The notes under the pieces are model-generated. The model was not told the origin of the DNA and did not search any database. It saw nothing but the letters and a program-made list of their open reading frames with translations. A stretch of DNA of 64,000 bases from Octopus sinensis (taxonomy: Eukaryota), in the NCBI RefSeq assembly GCF_006345805.1, contig NC_042997.1:174778001-174842000 (forward strand). Direction: 5' to 3'. A program made the translations under genes and the position numbers. Shown here piece by piece: positions 49,916 through 62,115 of this stretch; the first letter of the stretch is position 1; each line of letters opens with the position of its first letter.

Positions 49916-52124
49916 TGTGTGTGTGTAAATATACACACATACACATGCGAACACTATAGGATTAATGCAGTACATATGCGTAAATAAATGCAGATGCAAA
50001 CCTATGCATACATACGTTAGCTATGTGCGTGTGTCAGTCTGCGTGCGTGCGTGCGTGTGTGTACGTGTGAATGAATCATCTCTTGGTTTCCAATATGAGT
50101 AATCTACTTGTTCCATCAAGTAAAGTACCTGATGCCCCTAAGTTACGACGAAGTAGCTACGTATTCTGCATACACATGTGCCGTTAACTTAATGCTGAGC
50201 AAATTCAGAACGGCACGATGTTTGACAAAGCTGTCTTTGAATTACGGGTCTGGACATTTCGATGAGCTTCCACACTGTCTCCGTTTTTCCTAACCATAAT
50301 CCGAGGCTACGCTATATGGCACTTGACCAAGATACCATGCAAAGGAAGTCTAAAAATATGGCTTACAGGAAACATGATTTTCAATTTTTTTTCTTGATGG
50401 TGTTGCATCTTTTCTTTCAGTTTCTATATATGCATACACACTCACACACACACGCACGCACACAAAGAAAATACAAATAAAAATGTCAGTTCAAGGGGTA
50501 TTCACAATTAATAATATTTGTTTGACGCCGAAAGAAACAAATACTTATAGAGTAGAAGCGTAACGTTTTGGATTAAGGTTTTCGTCGGATACAACGGGAA
50601 ACTGCAGGAGAAACTGAGAAGAGAAGGATGTGAAGAAAGAATACAGAAAAAGAGAAAAGATCCACGAAAATCTAACCTAGGTTCACATGTTTGACTTAGA
50701 TATACACAGGTGTGCACACATACATACACACCTAATTGCATATGAAACATGCGTGTGTGCGTGCGTGCGCTTAAAAACGCATATAAAACGTGTGTATGTG
50801 TAAGTCGATCATGTGAATCTAACCTAGGTAAGTTTTTATGGCTCTCTTCTCTTTTTCTGTCTTCTTTTTTCACATTTTTCTCTTCCCAGTCTCTCCTGCA
50901 GTTTTCTCTTGTATTCGACGAAGGTATACATCCGAAATGTTATACTTTCACTCCATAACTATTTCTTTATTTCGGCGTCAAACAAATTATATTAATTGTA
51001 GATATCCCTTGGACTTCTGTCATTTTATTTGTTTTTTCTTTATGTGTGTGTGTTGTGTGAGTGTGAATTTTCTGTGCGCAAGCGTGTGTGTGTTTGTGTG
51101 TTTGAGTGTGTGTGTGCGTGCGTGTGTGTGTGTGCTATGTGTATGTGTGATTGTGTCTAAGTGTGTGTGTGTGTGTGTGGAGAGAGATAGAGAGGGAGGT
51201 GTACAGATGGACACATTTAGCATTAAACTTACTTTTACCTCATTGAATTGAAAAATATATATGCAATGATTATTTATTTGTGCAAATTCACAAATCTGCT
51301 GGCAAAAGCAAAATCAAAGCTATTTGGCCGATCTCTGTAAGACTCCATCTTTGAATGATATTATTCCGTTCCTATTTTAGCTCATAAATAACACTACGAT
51401 AGGCGAAAGACAACTTCTAGATATTGTTTTAAACGTTTTCTCCCCTGAGCGAAGAAATACTTCTTAAATTTCAATAGTGTGAAAGGGGGATGAATGAATG
51501 TACTAAAATGTAGAAGATAGTATTAAAGATTAGTCGTTATTATAAAGTATGAGTTGATAAATCTGTAGCTAAATTTGGTAGACTTGTGGGATACCACAAT
51601 TTGAAAGATACATGTGGAAATGGCGACATGTTCCAAAACACTTTGAAAGAGCTTTTAGGTAATCCTTTGAAGTTTTATGTCGTACAAAACGTTATTTTCT
51701 CCGATGACCATTAACTTAATCTTCCTTTCCAATTAATATATGTGTTGTTTAATTCATCCGCCATTGTATGCCATAGTGGATGTTATAAATATAACCTTTA
51801 GGATAATGTCTAGAGCTTCTGTCTTAACCATTCTAATATTATGGGCATGATTCGATATAATATCAGTGATGAATGCAACAAGTATTTCGGAATTGATGAG
51901 AATGTTGCATACGTCGGTTTTCTGAGAAAAGCTAGAGTGACAAAACAAAAAACAAAAAAATCAGCACACTTGGGAAGATATGAACATTAAAGCTGTCTAC
52001 ATTCAGTAGTACCCTGTAGTACTAGCACGTGGTATACAAGACTTGAAAAGACCTGCAGTTTAGTCATTAAAACTAGGAAAATACTAATTACTGCTGTTAA
52101 TTTCTACATAAACTCCAATTCCTG

Positions 52125-52351
52125 TATTCTTTTATTTGTTTCGGTCATTTGACTGCGGCCATGCTGGAGCACAACCTTTAGTCGAACAAACCGACCCCAG
52201 GACTTATTCTTTGTAAGCCTAGTACTTATTCTAACGGTGTCTTGCGCCGAACCGCTAAGTTACGGGAACGTAAACACACCAACATTGGTTGTCAAGTGAT
52301 GGTGAGGGGAACAAACACTGAAACACAAATACATACATATAACATACATAT

Positions 52352-52394
<43 letters not shown>

Positions 52395-52635
52395 TATATA
52401 ATATATTATTATATATGTAAATGTAATATATGACAATTATTCGGTAGCCATGATAAAACTCCGAGTTTCAGATGTCGGTGTACAAATCCACGGCACCATC
52501 TCTTCAGTTATCCGACCATCGGAAAAATGCAATGAAAATGATCGTTAAACAAAGGGAAATTACTGTGTCATTGACCGTTATTCAGACAAAGGAGCTATTT
52601 GAATGATCGCTAAGTGAGCGTATATATATATATAT

Positions 52636-52666
<31 letters not shown>

Positions 52667-52830
52667 TATACGACGGGCTTCTTTCAGTTTCCGTCTACCA
52701 AATCCACTCACAAGGCCTTGGTCGGCCCGAGGCTATAGTAGAAGACACTTGCCCAAGATGCCACGCAGTGGGACTGAACCCGGAACCATGTGGTTAGAAA
52801 GCAAGCTACTTACCACACAGCCACGCCTGT
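52125..52830 (-). mobile_element. SINE family D whose central microsatellite hosts a hammerhead-bearing insertion (52432-52620)
   Basis: Tail half ~52125-52340, head half ~52665-52830, with (TA)n and ~190 bp of unrelated sequence between. Confidence 0.8.
52452..52512 (-). ncRNA. Type I hammerhead ribozyme
   Basis: Minus strand GATAA-CTGAAGA-GATG...CATC-T-GAA-ACTC-G-GAGT-T-TTATC: stem I GATAA/TTATC, stem III ACTC/GAGT, GUU triplet. Confidence 0.72.
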
Positions 52831-53406
52831 GCCTGCAATATGGATAAGATCTATGTAGAAGGGAAGGGTAGAAACAGAAGCATACAAATCCAGTTCTAAT
52901 AGCCTTTGAGAGCTGCATTGTAACAGTTAGATAGCACCGTGAGAATAGTAAATGTAGAAATCAGTGCACCGTTATCTCAATACTTATAGTTCTTAAATAA
53001 TATAGCAATGGATATAAATGTAGGACTGTCAGAGCTAAACATCTTTGATCATATGTGTTTGATCATGAGACTGACCTGGAGTTAAATAACACCACCAATA
53101 AGACGACCACCACCCCCAATAACAACAACATAAATATTAAGAATTAATGCAACAGATAAAAGGTAACAACAAAAATAACAGCCAGAACAATAGAAATGTT
53201 TTACGATGAACCCAATCGACCGGTTTTCATAAACTATTGATTCCCACATCACACGTCACACGTGAAAGTAGGAAGCAAACAGCTCACCACTCCAGCACTG
53301 CACGTTTATCTTCAACTCTTATACTGCACACTGTCCTTCAATGGACTATGATGATGCGAGTGTGTGTGCGTATGTGTGTGCCTCTGTGTGTGTGTGTGTG
53401 TGTGTG

Positions 53407-53440
<34 letters not shown>

Positions 53441-53699
53441 GTGTGCGTGTAAAGCTTTGCTGCATGCAAGCTGAGATGCTGCCTGAAATAGTCGAACGGA
53501 AAAGCCGATGAAATTCCACAGTAGATATAAAATGTCAACATGCTTCAAAAGTAAATCTCACTGAAGAGATTCGTTCGAGCGTGCTGCGGTGACATATTCC
53601 GCTGGTAGTCTTTTTGTATGCATATGTGTGTGTGTGTGTGCGATGCACGCGTGTGTATAAATACGCACGCACAAGCACGCTGTGTTTATGCACAGCTGT

Positions 53700-53756
<57 letters not shown>

Positions 53757-53859
53757 CGCAGAGAAATATATGCATGTACCTTTGTATATATTCAAACAAA
53801 TATGTATGCATGTGACGCATATGTTGATCTCTCTCTCTCTCTCCCTCTCTCTCTCCCCC

Positions 53860-53890
<31 letters not shown>

Positions 53891-54188
53891 AAGATAAATA
53901 TATAGAATATACATAACATATATATACATACATATATATACATATATATATAAATACATATATATACCTATACATATATATATATATATACATATATATT
54001 ATATACATATACGTATATATATTATATATATATATATATATATAATATATATATATATATATTATATATATAATATATATGCGTGTGTGTAATTTATGTC
54101 TCTGTGTATACTATGTATATTTGTATTTATATACATAGGTATGTGTGCGTATGTATATGTATATGAAGATATATATATATATATATGG

Positions 54189-54234
<46 letters not shown>

Positions 54235-54350
54235 GCATATACACATATATATATATATGCATATACACATATACATACATGCATATACACATACATATAC
54301 ATACAAGCATTACACGCACGTTTAATATATATTATATAATTGTGTGTGGA
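53860..54350. repeat. Degenerate (TA)n array
   Basis: Direct reading. Confidence 0.95.
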
Positions 54351-54879
54351 TATTTATATATAATTAATAAGTATCTGTTATCATTGATTCTTCTATGTAG
54401 CGCCACAAATAGAATTTTATAAAAATCTTCTTTATTTCTATTACATTCCTTTTTATAAATTGGATGCATTCAACTCCAATTGTTTTTATTTATTTATTTC
54501 ACTGGGAACCCAGATTCGCAAAGTGCATTGCCAAAATATTTTATACAAATTTCGAAGTAAATATATTTAATAACGAGTGCTAATAATCATGGTATAGCAG
54601 TTATAGGCTTTTCACAATCAGTCCAGCATAAATGATCTCTTAGATGCTCTTACGTTCTTATACATTTTAATGTGTGTGCGTGCGCGTGTAACATATACCT
54701 TATTTGCCGTGCAATTTAGTGATAATGCACTATGTATATAGGAAAAGTATGATAAACATAGGATGTAATTTACGCTACGATCCCTACGCCCGTTTCACGA
54801 TTGTGGGTAATTGCATCTTCTGTAATGTGTGTTCATAGTGCATTTGGATACATTTTATATGTGCCAACATAATGTACTA

Positions 54880-55245
54880 CTTACTTACTTGTGGCGACAT
54901 TTACCCTGGGCGGGTTGAGTCGGCTTCTTCTACTCATGGAAGAAGTTTTGTGGGAATATGTGGATTTCACAAGCGGTCCCCAACAATCCCGCATGTGGAG
55001 ACATCCTGTTTGCCGCAGATTGTCCGCAGACGCAGGGACAGAACGACCGAGGAGCCGCCGGTTGCCGAAGCAAACACTCCGAGGATTTTCACCTGAGCCC
55101 CATCTGCCAGGTTGTGGCCCTAATACCACTCGGTCTCAGACCAATCCGCCTTGGGTGGCGCTACCAGGAACCGAAGTTCCCGACGGCATTGCTCTGACAC
55201 TACCCGTTGCCAGCGTTCCCACTACGGTGAGGAGGGGATGGGTTT
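54880..55245 (-). mobile_element. Short GC-rich non-autonomous retroelement, probably RTE-derived
   Basis: GC-rich island; minus strand ends in (TAAG)n; possible TSD TGTACTA at 54873-54879 and 55246-55252; sequence recalls RTE 5' UTRs (from memory, not searched). Confidence 0.55.
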
Positions 55246-55849
55246 TGTACTAAAATGTTGCGTTTGTTTGTGTATGTACTCCGGAAAAGTGAGGAAGTTA
55301 CAATTGTACTTAGTAATATTACCGGTTATGATATACAGAGCAAATATAGGATGAGTTCTGGTAGACATAAGAAGCCATTTATAGCATTTCTTCCCTGTGC
55401 AGTTTTCGCCATTTTGGCTATTTGCATCTTCTGCAGTGGATGTTCATAATGCAACTAGATGCTAATCTTCTAGAATTCTTCGAGGTAACACTTAATTACA
55501 TTATGTTGACACGAATCAAATACAACCCATTGTACAATATACACACATTGCAAAGGATGGAAATACCTACAATGGTGCTCTGTGCGTAGAACAAATGGTA
55601 TGAATATTTGTATATATGAGGAATCCAGTAATAGTTCTATCTGTGGCTATACAGAGTTTCATATACGCTCTCCAGCTCGTTTAAGAAACAAAGTTGATGA
55701 TACCCTCATAAACGAGGGTATCATCAACTCATTCTTAATTAATATATACTTTACAAGCTGTATTCAGTGCCATTTTTGTCTATAAAAAAAAAACGAGAGC
55801 CCACTTCTGTGTCTGTCTGACTGTCTGTATGTATGTATGTATGTATGCT

Positions 55850-56148
55850 GTTTGTTCCTTCTCGAGCCATGCCTGGCTCATAAGGGCCGGTTTCCCAGTT
55901 TCCTTGGCGTATAGGTTCCCCACCTGGACTGGACGCCGGTCCGTCGCAGGTGAATTGCAAGATGCAGGAAGAAAGAGTGAGAAAAAGTCGTGGCGAAAGA
56001 GTCAGCAGAGGTTCGCCATTACCTTCTGCCGGAGCTGCGTGTAGCTTAGGTGTTTCGCTCATAAACACACGCATCGCCCGGTCATGATTTGAACACGCGA
56101 TCCCTCGACCTCGAGTCCGCTGCTCTAACCACTAGGCTATGTGCCTCC
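55850..56148 (-). mobile_element. SINE family C (variant)
   Basis: Head reverse complement ...CTAACCACTAGGCTATGTGCCTCCAC; body as 46545-46842. Confidence 0.78.
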
Positions 56149-56477
56149 ACCTATGTATATATGTATGTATGTGCAACCTGTGGTAAAGTTGGAGGATCGA
56201 AAGGGTACGTCAAAGAACTCCACACTGTGACACCTGTTCCTTCTGCCAGCCAGCACAGCTGTGCATTATGCAATAGAATGTGCAAAACTTTGGTGAGGCC
56301 CCAGAGTCATATAAGGGCCTCACATTTCATTATCAATGGCTCATTTCAATGATTCTTTCTAATGGATTTGCTCGTATATTGAAAGCAACTAGTGTGTATG
56401 CATGTATGTATGCGCGTATGTATGACTGTATTCGTGTATGTGCGTATGCATGTATATACGTATATATGTCTCTGTAA

Positions 56478-56515
<38 letters not shown>

Positions 56516-56525
56516 ATATATATGC

Positions 56526-56559
<34 letters not shown>

Positions 56560-56567
56560 AATATATA

Positions 56568-56598
<31 letters not shown>

Positions 56599-56599
56599 C

Positions 56600-56909
56600 A
56601 TCACCGTGATCACCGTGACCGACCAGGCTATCAGATGTTGCTACACATCGCTGGTCACAATGCGCTTCGCATTGTTTTTGCGTTCAAATGACGCCACCTC
56701 GCTGGCTAAACGAGCAGACCAACAGAAGAAAGACTGAGAGATAGTTGTGGCGAAACAGTACAGCAAGGATCACCACCACCCCCTGCCGGAGCATCGTGGA
56801 GCTTTAGGTGTTTTCGCTCAATAAACACTCACAACGCCCGGTCTGGGAATCGAAACCGTGATCCTACGACCGCGAGTCTGCTGCTCTAACCACTGGGCCA
56901 TTGCGCCTT
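56600..56909 (-). mobile_element. SINE family C (another tail variant)
   Basis: Head reverse complement ...CTAACCACTGGGCCATTGCGCC; body GGAGCTTTAGGTGTTTTCGCTCAATAAAC. Confidence 0.78.
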
Positions 56910-56964
<55 letters not shown>

Positions 56965-57605
56965 CTGTGTGTCTGTATGTATACGTGTATGTAAGCATAT
57001 GCGTATGCATACAAATAGGCGCGTAAGCGCGCTGACGCAGCTGGCGCGTCACTGTTTCTCTGTTGGCATTCATTTCGCTCTTCATGATCCTTTAGGAGAA
57101 ATTTTTAACATAGACAAGTAATTCTCCACATGCTTTAATAGAAAAATATTCCGTCTTTCATCTCCCAAACATATCCTGTCACTGAATCCATTTAAATCAC
57201 AAATAGGATAATTTTTCTCTAAAATCATTTCGTTAAACAAAACACTTTGTGGAAATTTATATTTCACATGATCTCTCCAACACTGTAAAAACAAAGTTAG
57301 TCAACGACCAATTGTGAGTCGTCCATTTTTGGGTAGAATTCTCCTGTCGGCCTTCAAACGATAACCACCATATAACCTGAGAGGAATTAAAATGTGAAAT
57401 TTTGTTTTTTCTTAAGAACATCTTTCTTTTATCAAAATTTTCCAGAATGAAAATGAAGTGCTGGTAACAGTGAAGTGTCAACGAAACGCCTGCTGAATAT
57501 TGATATACAACTATACTCTAAAATCTTTATTGAGTTCATATCTCTTTTTAAGGCTCGAAAATGCGCATATGTGTGTATATGTAAGTATACATGTAGATGA
57601 TAGAT

Positions 57606-57682
<77 letters not shown>

Positions 57683-57755
57683 CAGACAAACAGGCTTATA
57701 TACATAAATACATACATACATGCATATATGTATATGCATGTGTGTCTATGTGTGG

Positions 57756-57782
<27 letters not shown>

Positions 57783-57786
<4 letters not shown>

Positions 57787-58026
57787 TGAGGGTACTACTA
57801 TTCGTTAATACCAACACGCTAAGAGGGACCATGTGGTCAAAACTACTAAAATAAACAAAATTTTACCGAATGCAAAACTTCAAAACACATCATTTAAAAG
57901 AATTCTTTTTTAAAATGATTTGTTTTGAAGTTTTGCATTCGGTAAAATTTTGTTTATTTTAGTAGTTTTGACCACATTGGTCCCTCTTAGCGTGTGGTAT
58001 TAACGAATAGTAGTACCCTCAATATA
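57783..58026. repeat. Long near-perfect hairpin (~115-bp arms) in (TA)n
   Basis: 57783-57898 is the reverse complement of 57911-58026 apart from a few 1-nt differences; ~12-nt spacer. Confidence 0.92.
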
Positions 58027-58133
58027 ATATAAATGAATATTTTCAAAGAGGAAGATTTACGGATTTTTTTCTCTTACGAGGTTTTTCACGCTGACTACTG
58101 ATAATTTTTTAAAAGATTTTATCCTCAATTGTT

Positions 58134-58170
<37 letters not shown>

Positions 58171-58216
58171 ATATATATATAATAATATATATTATATATA
58201 TATATATATATATAAA

Positions 58217-58430
58217 GTTAATCCAAACAAGAACCAAGAACGCACAAAAAAACACACAACAACGCGAGGACGTGGAACAAATATAGTATTATTGGACGCT
58301 CAGGAAAGAAGGAAAGAAGGAGTGTTTAACGTTTCGAGCGGAGCTCTTCGTCGGAAACATAAGAGAAGGAAAGATTCAGAGAAGGGAAGACAGAGGAAAA
58401 AAATCGCCAACGGTACACACGAGGTCACAT
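58217..58430 (-). mobile_element. Penelope-type terminal-repeat fragment with a minimal hammerhead
   Basis: Longer homologue of 795-942, also starting at a (TA)n edge. Confidence 0.65.
58323..58359 (-). ncRNA. Minimal type I hammerhead (CCGACGA core variant)
   Basis: Minus strand TGTTT-CCGACGA-A-GAGC-TCC-GCTC-GAAAC-GT-T-AAACA. Confidence 0.68.
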
Positions 58431-58754
58431 TTTGAAATAGCCGGCCGCCAACACTTTTACCGCAAAATAGGGGTAGCTTATCCTGTTCAGGCTATATTAT
58501 TAGCATTATCCTGCGTTTGAGAATTTAAAATCACTTCTTTAACTTTCTAAGACATCTCAACGCTTCTAAAGCAAACTTCGTTTGTTTATTTACGTTCATC
58601 GTAGGTTGAACTTAACATATGATAGCGTCTCATAAAGCGAGATTTCTATATATATAAATATATATCTTAAATTTGCAGAAGAATTTGTGGTGTGAGCGGT
58701 TTAGCTTTATGGTTCAGAGCACCGCGACGCGTAAAATGTGTGTGTGTGTGTGTG

Positions 58755-58796
<42 letters not shown>

Positions 58797-59454
58797 AACA
58801 ACGAAAGTAAAAAAAATAATGTCTAAAATTGGCAGTTGAAAATTGCAAACGAATACCGTCTGCACAGCACTCTGCCCAGTTTTGCGGGAACTTCTTATTG
58901 TTAATTCTTACCTGTATTCACAATTTTGTTCATCAATAAAGAACGCGTCTGAAACATCTGTAGTGAAACGCAACCCAACTGTGTTACTGCTTATTCTTCA
59001 ACTAACTCGGAGCCTTCCATACGTTTGGATCTGAAGTGGATTACGTGCAGTAGGTGAATCTTGGTATGACTTTAATGACACGTTGTATATTCGGTCAATT
59101 ATTTGTGAGTGTATGCATAACTGGAAGGGCAAGTCCGTATTTAATTCAGTTAGTAGGTATATGTCAGTATACATTGTTGGTATACAGATGCGCTCTCACC
59201 AATTCTAGCTTAATGCTTTTACTATTTAAATAACTGATTCTTTCAAATCCTGGAGATTTTTAAATTCCACACACACACACAAATACACACACGCACGCAC
59301 ATACATACACGCACTCACACAGACACGTACACACACACACACACTTGCACATACGCGCGCGCGCACATACACATACATACGCACACATGTATATATATAT
59401 ATATATGTGTGTGTGTGTATGTATGCAGATATATATGTATATATGTATGTAATA

Positions 59455-59977
59455 TAATTTTTCTGAATCTTCAGATATTAATATGCTACACCACTAGTTT
59501 TAAGTTAATATTAATCAAATTAATATTCAAATTTTCACCCTTATTATTTTAAATTTAAGTTTAAATAACTATGTTCTCTAACAGGCAAAATTCACTGCAG
59601 AGAATTGTGTTCTGCAGAATTATTTCCGGTATTTTAGCGGGCCAAAACGATGACTTTTGAAAGATAACCCCAAGTGTAATTGGTAGAACTGTATACATGT
59701 TCAATCTTATGCAGAAGTCTCGTGTATAGTTCTGCAAATTATATTTGCAATGACGATCATACTGATGAGCTACGGACAATTACGTAAGTAATTTGCGTAA
59801 GTGGTAATAGCGAAATTAGTTTATGATTATTTCTATATTTTGTTTCTTTTCATTTGTCTTGCTTGCATACGTTCTGGCATTTGCTAAATTTTCGTGAGAA
59901 CATTTCTTTCTAAGTGGTAAGACCATAGCGGAACTACTTCTAGCATAATGGATGTCCACGTAGTGGTCATCCCTCTT
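59455..59977 (+). mobile_element. Diverged solo copy of the ~560-bp hammerhead element
   Basis: Colinear similarity to 37226-37785 from the TCTGA-N4-TCAGA hairpin through TTAGCG(C/G)GCCA to the CCCT/microsatellite end. Confidence 0.75.
59755..59828 (+). ncRNA. Type I hammerhead ribozyme
   Basis: GATCATA-CTGATGA-GCTA-CGGAC-AATTAC-GTAA-GTAATT-...-TAGC-GAA-ATTAGT-T-TATGATT: 6-7-bp stem I, canonical G-C stem II base, GUU cleavage after 59821. Confidence 0.82.
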
Positions 59978-60020
59978 ATATGTATGTATATATGTAGATA
60001 GTTAGATAGACATGCACACA

Positions 60021-60070
<50 letters not shown>

Positions 60071-60269
60071 AATGCATATACATAGACACATGCACGCAGT
60101 CACCGTGTCACCATGCAAGCCTCAGAGCAGTGTATGCATGCATCTTGCCCTCCACTCTCTACCCCTATCTCTCTCTCCAGTCTTTCTACCTCTTCCTCTC
60201 TCTCTCTTTCCCTCCCTATATATATGATATGTACATAGAAGTATGTAAAAGCGCAGGTTTGTTATTTCT

Positions 60270-60491
60270 ATATTGCGCACAAGGGCCTAAACATAGGGAG
60301 GACAAACAAGGACAGACAAACGGATTAAATCGATTACATTGACCCCAGTGCGTAACTGGTACTTAATTTATAGATCAAGAAAGAATGAAAAGCAAAGTCG
60401 ACTTCGGTGGAATTTGAACTCAGAACGTAACTGCAGACGAAATACTGCTAAGGATTTCGTCCGGTGTGCCAACGTTTCTGCCAGCTCGCCA
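60270..60491 (-). mobile_element. SINE family A, single unit
   Basis: GGACAAACAAGGACAGACAAACGGATTAA...CCAGCTCGCCA. Confidence 0.8.
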
Positions 60492-61119
60492 GCGTCTGTG
60501 TGCTTTGCACGAGTGCTCGAGCGTAATATTTATATACCGATGACTTGATGTAGGTTACCCATTCGTTCACAAAACAATAAATAAGTAAATAAGTAAATAA
60601 TTAAGTAAATAAATAAAATACACATGAACACGTTAAGATTAAGCAGTATAATTTTAGCGCTTGTGTTTCTAGCAACAATATCTAATAACATCAACAAATT
60701 TTGTGTTGATAGCTTTCACTACCTGGATTATTATATCTGTTCCTGGATCGATTAATTGCTGCAGGAAAGCGTATTAAAGAGCTGATTTTCCAATTAGCAG
60801 AAATAAGCGAAATGCGCTCCACGGTGAAAATCAATTAATTCTTAGCTAAGACATTGTTCGTGTATGTCAATATATTTATGAATCGCTTGATGAATCATGA
60901 TGGATGGATTTAAAATGTAGGCTAGTGATTCCGTCTAAACACCACCACCACTGCCTGATTCACTCTGTATATGTATGAAGTGCGTGTGTACGTGTGTGTG
61001 TATGTTTATATACGTACATTTGCACACATACATGTATGTACGTATGGTAGATAAGCACACATAAACCTATGCAGTGCATTTTTAGTTCAGTTAAGCGATA
61101 AAACTGATCATATTTGATA

Positions 61120-61213
61120 GTGTGTGTGTTGTGTGTGTGTGTGCGTATTTATATATATGTGAGTGTGTGTGTTTGTGCTTAATTTATATATATTTAATTT
61201 GTATATGTGTGTG

Positions 61214-61253
<40 letters not shown>

Positions 61254-61648
61254 CATGCATATATGTATGAATATGTGTATGCATATATGTATAACATAAT
61301 ATATGTATGTGTGCATGTAATATATAAATATATATATAACAAATATACATATATATATATATGTGTATATGTGTGTGACTGTATGTATGTGTGTCTGTCT
61401 TTATGTACGTGTATGAATGTAGGTACAACTACAAATGTATGTCGATGTATGTATATACATGAATTTCAATGTTTGCGTTTCTGGTTGTTTATACCTACAT
61501 ACATACATGCATGCATACATAAATACTTATATACGTACATACATGCATTATAAATGATGTTATATATACACAGATGTTTGTATATGTGAGCGAGTGTGAT
61601 TTACGTATCTTTACCGTACTCTCTCTCTCACTTTCTTTCTCTCAACCC

Positions 61649-61710
<62 letters not shown>

Positions 61711-61957
61711 TTAATATATATATATTTGTGTTGTGTGTGTGTGTGGTGTTGTGTAAGTATCATATGTATATATGGAGTATCATGTTAATATATATATATA
61801 TATAATATATATATATATACATTTATATTTATATATATAAATACCTATATACATATATATACATACATGGTATATACATATATAATTACATATGTACATA
61901 TATACATATATACGCACATACACACACACACACATATATATATATTATATATATACA

Positions 61958-62001
<44 letters not shown>

Positions 62002-62031
62002 ATTATATACACACATATATATGTATATATG

Positions 62032-62093
<62 letters not shown>

Positions 62094-62115
62094 TTAATAT
62101 ATATATATATATATG
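61120..62115. repeat. Compound (TG)n/(TA)n/(CT)n microsatellite region
   Basis: Direct reading. Confidence 0.9.

Noticed and set aside
50095-50189. Short ORF MSNLLVPSSKVPDAPKLRRSSY...
   Set aside because: Only ~30 codons, no good splice donor, no recognised homology.
55110-55135. Minus-strand GTGGTATTAGGGCCAC resembling a pistol ribozyme P1
   Set aside because: The required downstream CCCTAA pseudoknot partner and catalytic motifs are absent.
55403-55484. Possible plus-strand exon (AG...GT) encoding FRHFGYLHLLQWMFIMQLDANLLEFFE
   Set aside because: Splice signals are plausible, but there is no recognisable protein family and no compatible neighbouring exon; needs RNA-seq or tBLASTn.
58912-58957. 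Possible minus-strand 46-nt exon with strong GTAAGA donor (MFQTRSLLMNKIVNT or VSDAFFIDEQNCEY)
   Set aside because: Too short to identify, two frames open, no supporting exons.
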